64,000 bases of DNA from Lama guanicoe. Lineage: Eukaryota. Positions within the stretch are counted from its first letter, which is position 1. Every line of letters starts with the position of its first letter. The DNA is taken from NCBI GenBank assembly GCA_013239625.1, contig MU057344.1:374276-438275 (forward strand), written 5' to 3'. Of this stretch, positions 62,184-64,000 are shown piece by piece. Below the pieces are notes generated by a model. The model saw only the letters and a list, made by a program, of their open reading frames with translations. It made no database searches and was not told the origin of the DNA. A program made the translations under genes and the position numbers.

Positions 62184-63692
62184 ATGAGTGGGCAGGAGAG
62201 GGAGATGGAGGAGGATGAGGGAGAGGGCACTTCAGACACAGCACTCATGCTGCCCCGAAGGCCTCCTGACTGCCAGGCCGCGGCCCTGAGGTCCCCACGG
62301 TGGGCAGGCCTGGCCGCCCAAGGCCTCGGGACCCTGTCGCTGCCTGGCCGGGCCCTGGCGGGGCTCCTGCTCCACCTGCTGCTGCCCGCAGCCGTGTTCC
62401 TGCTGGTGCTGCTGCCAGCAGCAGCCATCGTCTTCCTGGGATTCCTGTGCCACTCGAGGGTGAGCTGAGCCCTCTGTGGGCGTGGAGGCGGGGGGACTGG
62501 CTGGAGTCTTTGGGGAGTGGGGGTTCCTGTGGAAGTCTGGGGTCTTGGGGCTGAAGGTGAATCTGTCCCCAGAGGCACACGTGCCCCTCCCTGAAGAGCC
62601 TCTTCTGCCAAGTACCCCCCACCCGACCAGCTGTAGCAAAAGAAGGGCTTTTGTTTGTCACCCAAGGGTGACAGCTCTCTCCCCTCCCCCGAGGCCTCCC
62701 AGCTCTGTACCAGGGGCCACCAGGGCCTGGACAGCTGTGCAGAGTGGGAAGAGGAGGAGGATTCCAGGAAGAGAATATTAAAATATCACCAAATTTAACC
62801 AGTCCACAGCCCCTCCTTACCTTCTATTACCCGTTACCCTGGGATGGGTGTCCCCACTTATGGAAGGGGCTGCAGCTTGGTCTGGAGTCAGGAGAGTCCA
62901 GGCAGAGGGGGGCCCTGTGTTCCTCTTTTTTTAGGCATGTCAGGAAAGTGGGGCTGAAACCAGGGCCACAGAAGAAAAGGTGTCCCCTGCTGGTGGCACC
63001 TACCGGAGGGCCTCAAGGTCAGATGCCAACATAGGAAAGACCCTTGGGAGACAGAGAGGGGAGGAAGGCGGAGGTCGGGAACCGGAGAGCTACCCTCTGA
63101 GGCTCCCCTCAAGGGACTCCTACTGGGCCATTTACCCCTGGGTCCCTCGCCTCCCATCCTCTGCTCAGAAATGCCTGGCCCACCGCGAGTCCCAGCCACC
63201 GGACTCCGCCAGAACTCAGTCCCCGCGCTCTCCCCCGGCCCCTCCCTCGTCCACCTGCCCCCCACCCCAGCGCCCCCGCTGGAATCGGGGCTTAACGCTC
63301 CACCAGTCCACCTGCTCCCAGACACGGCCTCCAGGCCCCACCCCAGTCCATCTGCCCCGCCCCAGCCCCGCCAGGCCCGGTCCCGGAACTGAGGCCCCAC
63401 AGCCACGCCTGACCGCCCGCCCCACCCTCAGGTCCACCCCGAGCCTCGCCCTGCGTGCCGCGCGCTGCTCTCGGATCGCGGCTCTGCGGCGCTCATCGTG
63501 TCGGGCTTCCTCTCGCTTCCTCCGCTTCTGGTTCTCGCCTCGGCCGCCCGCGCCCGCCTGGCCCGACGCCTCCGCTCGCTGCTGCCGCCCCCGACTTGCA
63601 GTCCCGGACCCCGCCGCCACCTGGTGTCCAGAGACGATGGGCGCGCGCGACGCCACCCTGACGGGGAGGAGCAGCTCTGCGCCTGGGTGTGA
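62184..63692 (+). CDS. TMEM88B: Transmembrane protein 88B, 2 coding exons, 178 aa
   Basis: Exons 62184-62459 and 63432-63692 (AGG|GTGAGC ... ctcag|GTC); total 537 nt. Hydrophobic LLLHLLLPAAVFLLVLLPAAAIVFLGFLCHSR, second TM ALIVSGFLSLPPLLVLA, C-terminal QLCAWV. Confidence 0.93.
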
Positions 63693-64000
63693 CCCCAGAA
63701 TCCTCTCCAAAGGACCCCAAGACCTCAAATCCCAGAGGGCCCTGAATTCCCCCCGTGTCCCCCATAAGGTGGCTCCAGGCTGGCGACTCAGGGTCTGCGT
63801 CCAGGTCCCAACGTGGGAAATCGCAGGGCCCCACGCAGCTCCGTGCGCAGTGCTCCGAGTGGCCGCGAGGTGGCACCGGCCTCCCCCGGACCGGGTCGGC
63901 TCTTCCCCAGCCTCTCTCCGCTCCTGCTGTTTCCGTAGCTGCGGAGACTGGGACCCCCAAGGGAGGAGGGAGATGGTTTTCAGAGAAGGGCGCATGGCCA

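Overview
GC-rich mammalian genomic DNA carrying the gene order known from human 1p36.33: TAS1R3 (+), DVL1 (-), MXRA8 (-), AURKAIP1 (-), CCNL2 (-), MRPL20 (-), ANKRD65 (-), TMEM88B (+). I traced GT-AG exon chains by hand. Seven genes give complete, frame-consistent CDSs. CCNL2 lacks one coding exon, which most likely lies in an N gap. A tRNA-derived SINE resembling Vic-1 suggests a camelid source. Intergenic DNA is mostly old TE debris. There are three assembly gaps (16412-16653, 44426-44565, 45073-45204). I find no evidence of a wholly new biological system. The best leads are lineage-level: an in-frame ankyrin-repeat loss plus terminal extensions in ANKRD65, an MXRA8 alphavirus receptor without the Bovinae GEQR insertion, a tiny L1 insertion with an apparent 3' transduction that is tandemly duplicated, the CCNL2 poison-exon/intronic-polyA module, the open Robinow-type alternative frame in DVL1, a shared TAS1R3/DVL1 3'-end island, and divergent CTCF motifs with a ZNF143 site at AURKAIP1. 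All comparisons to human, cattle and rodent proteins and to repeat consensi are from memory, not alignments.
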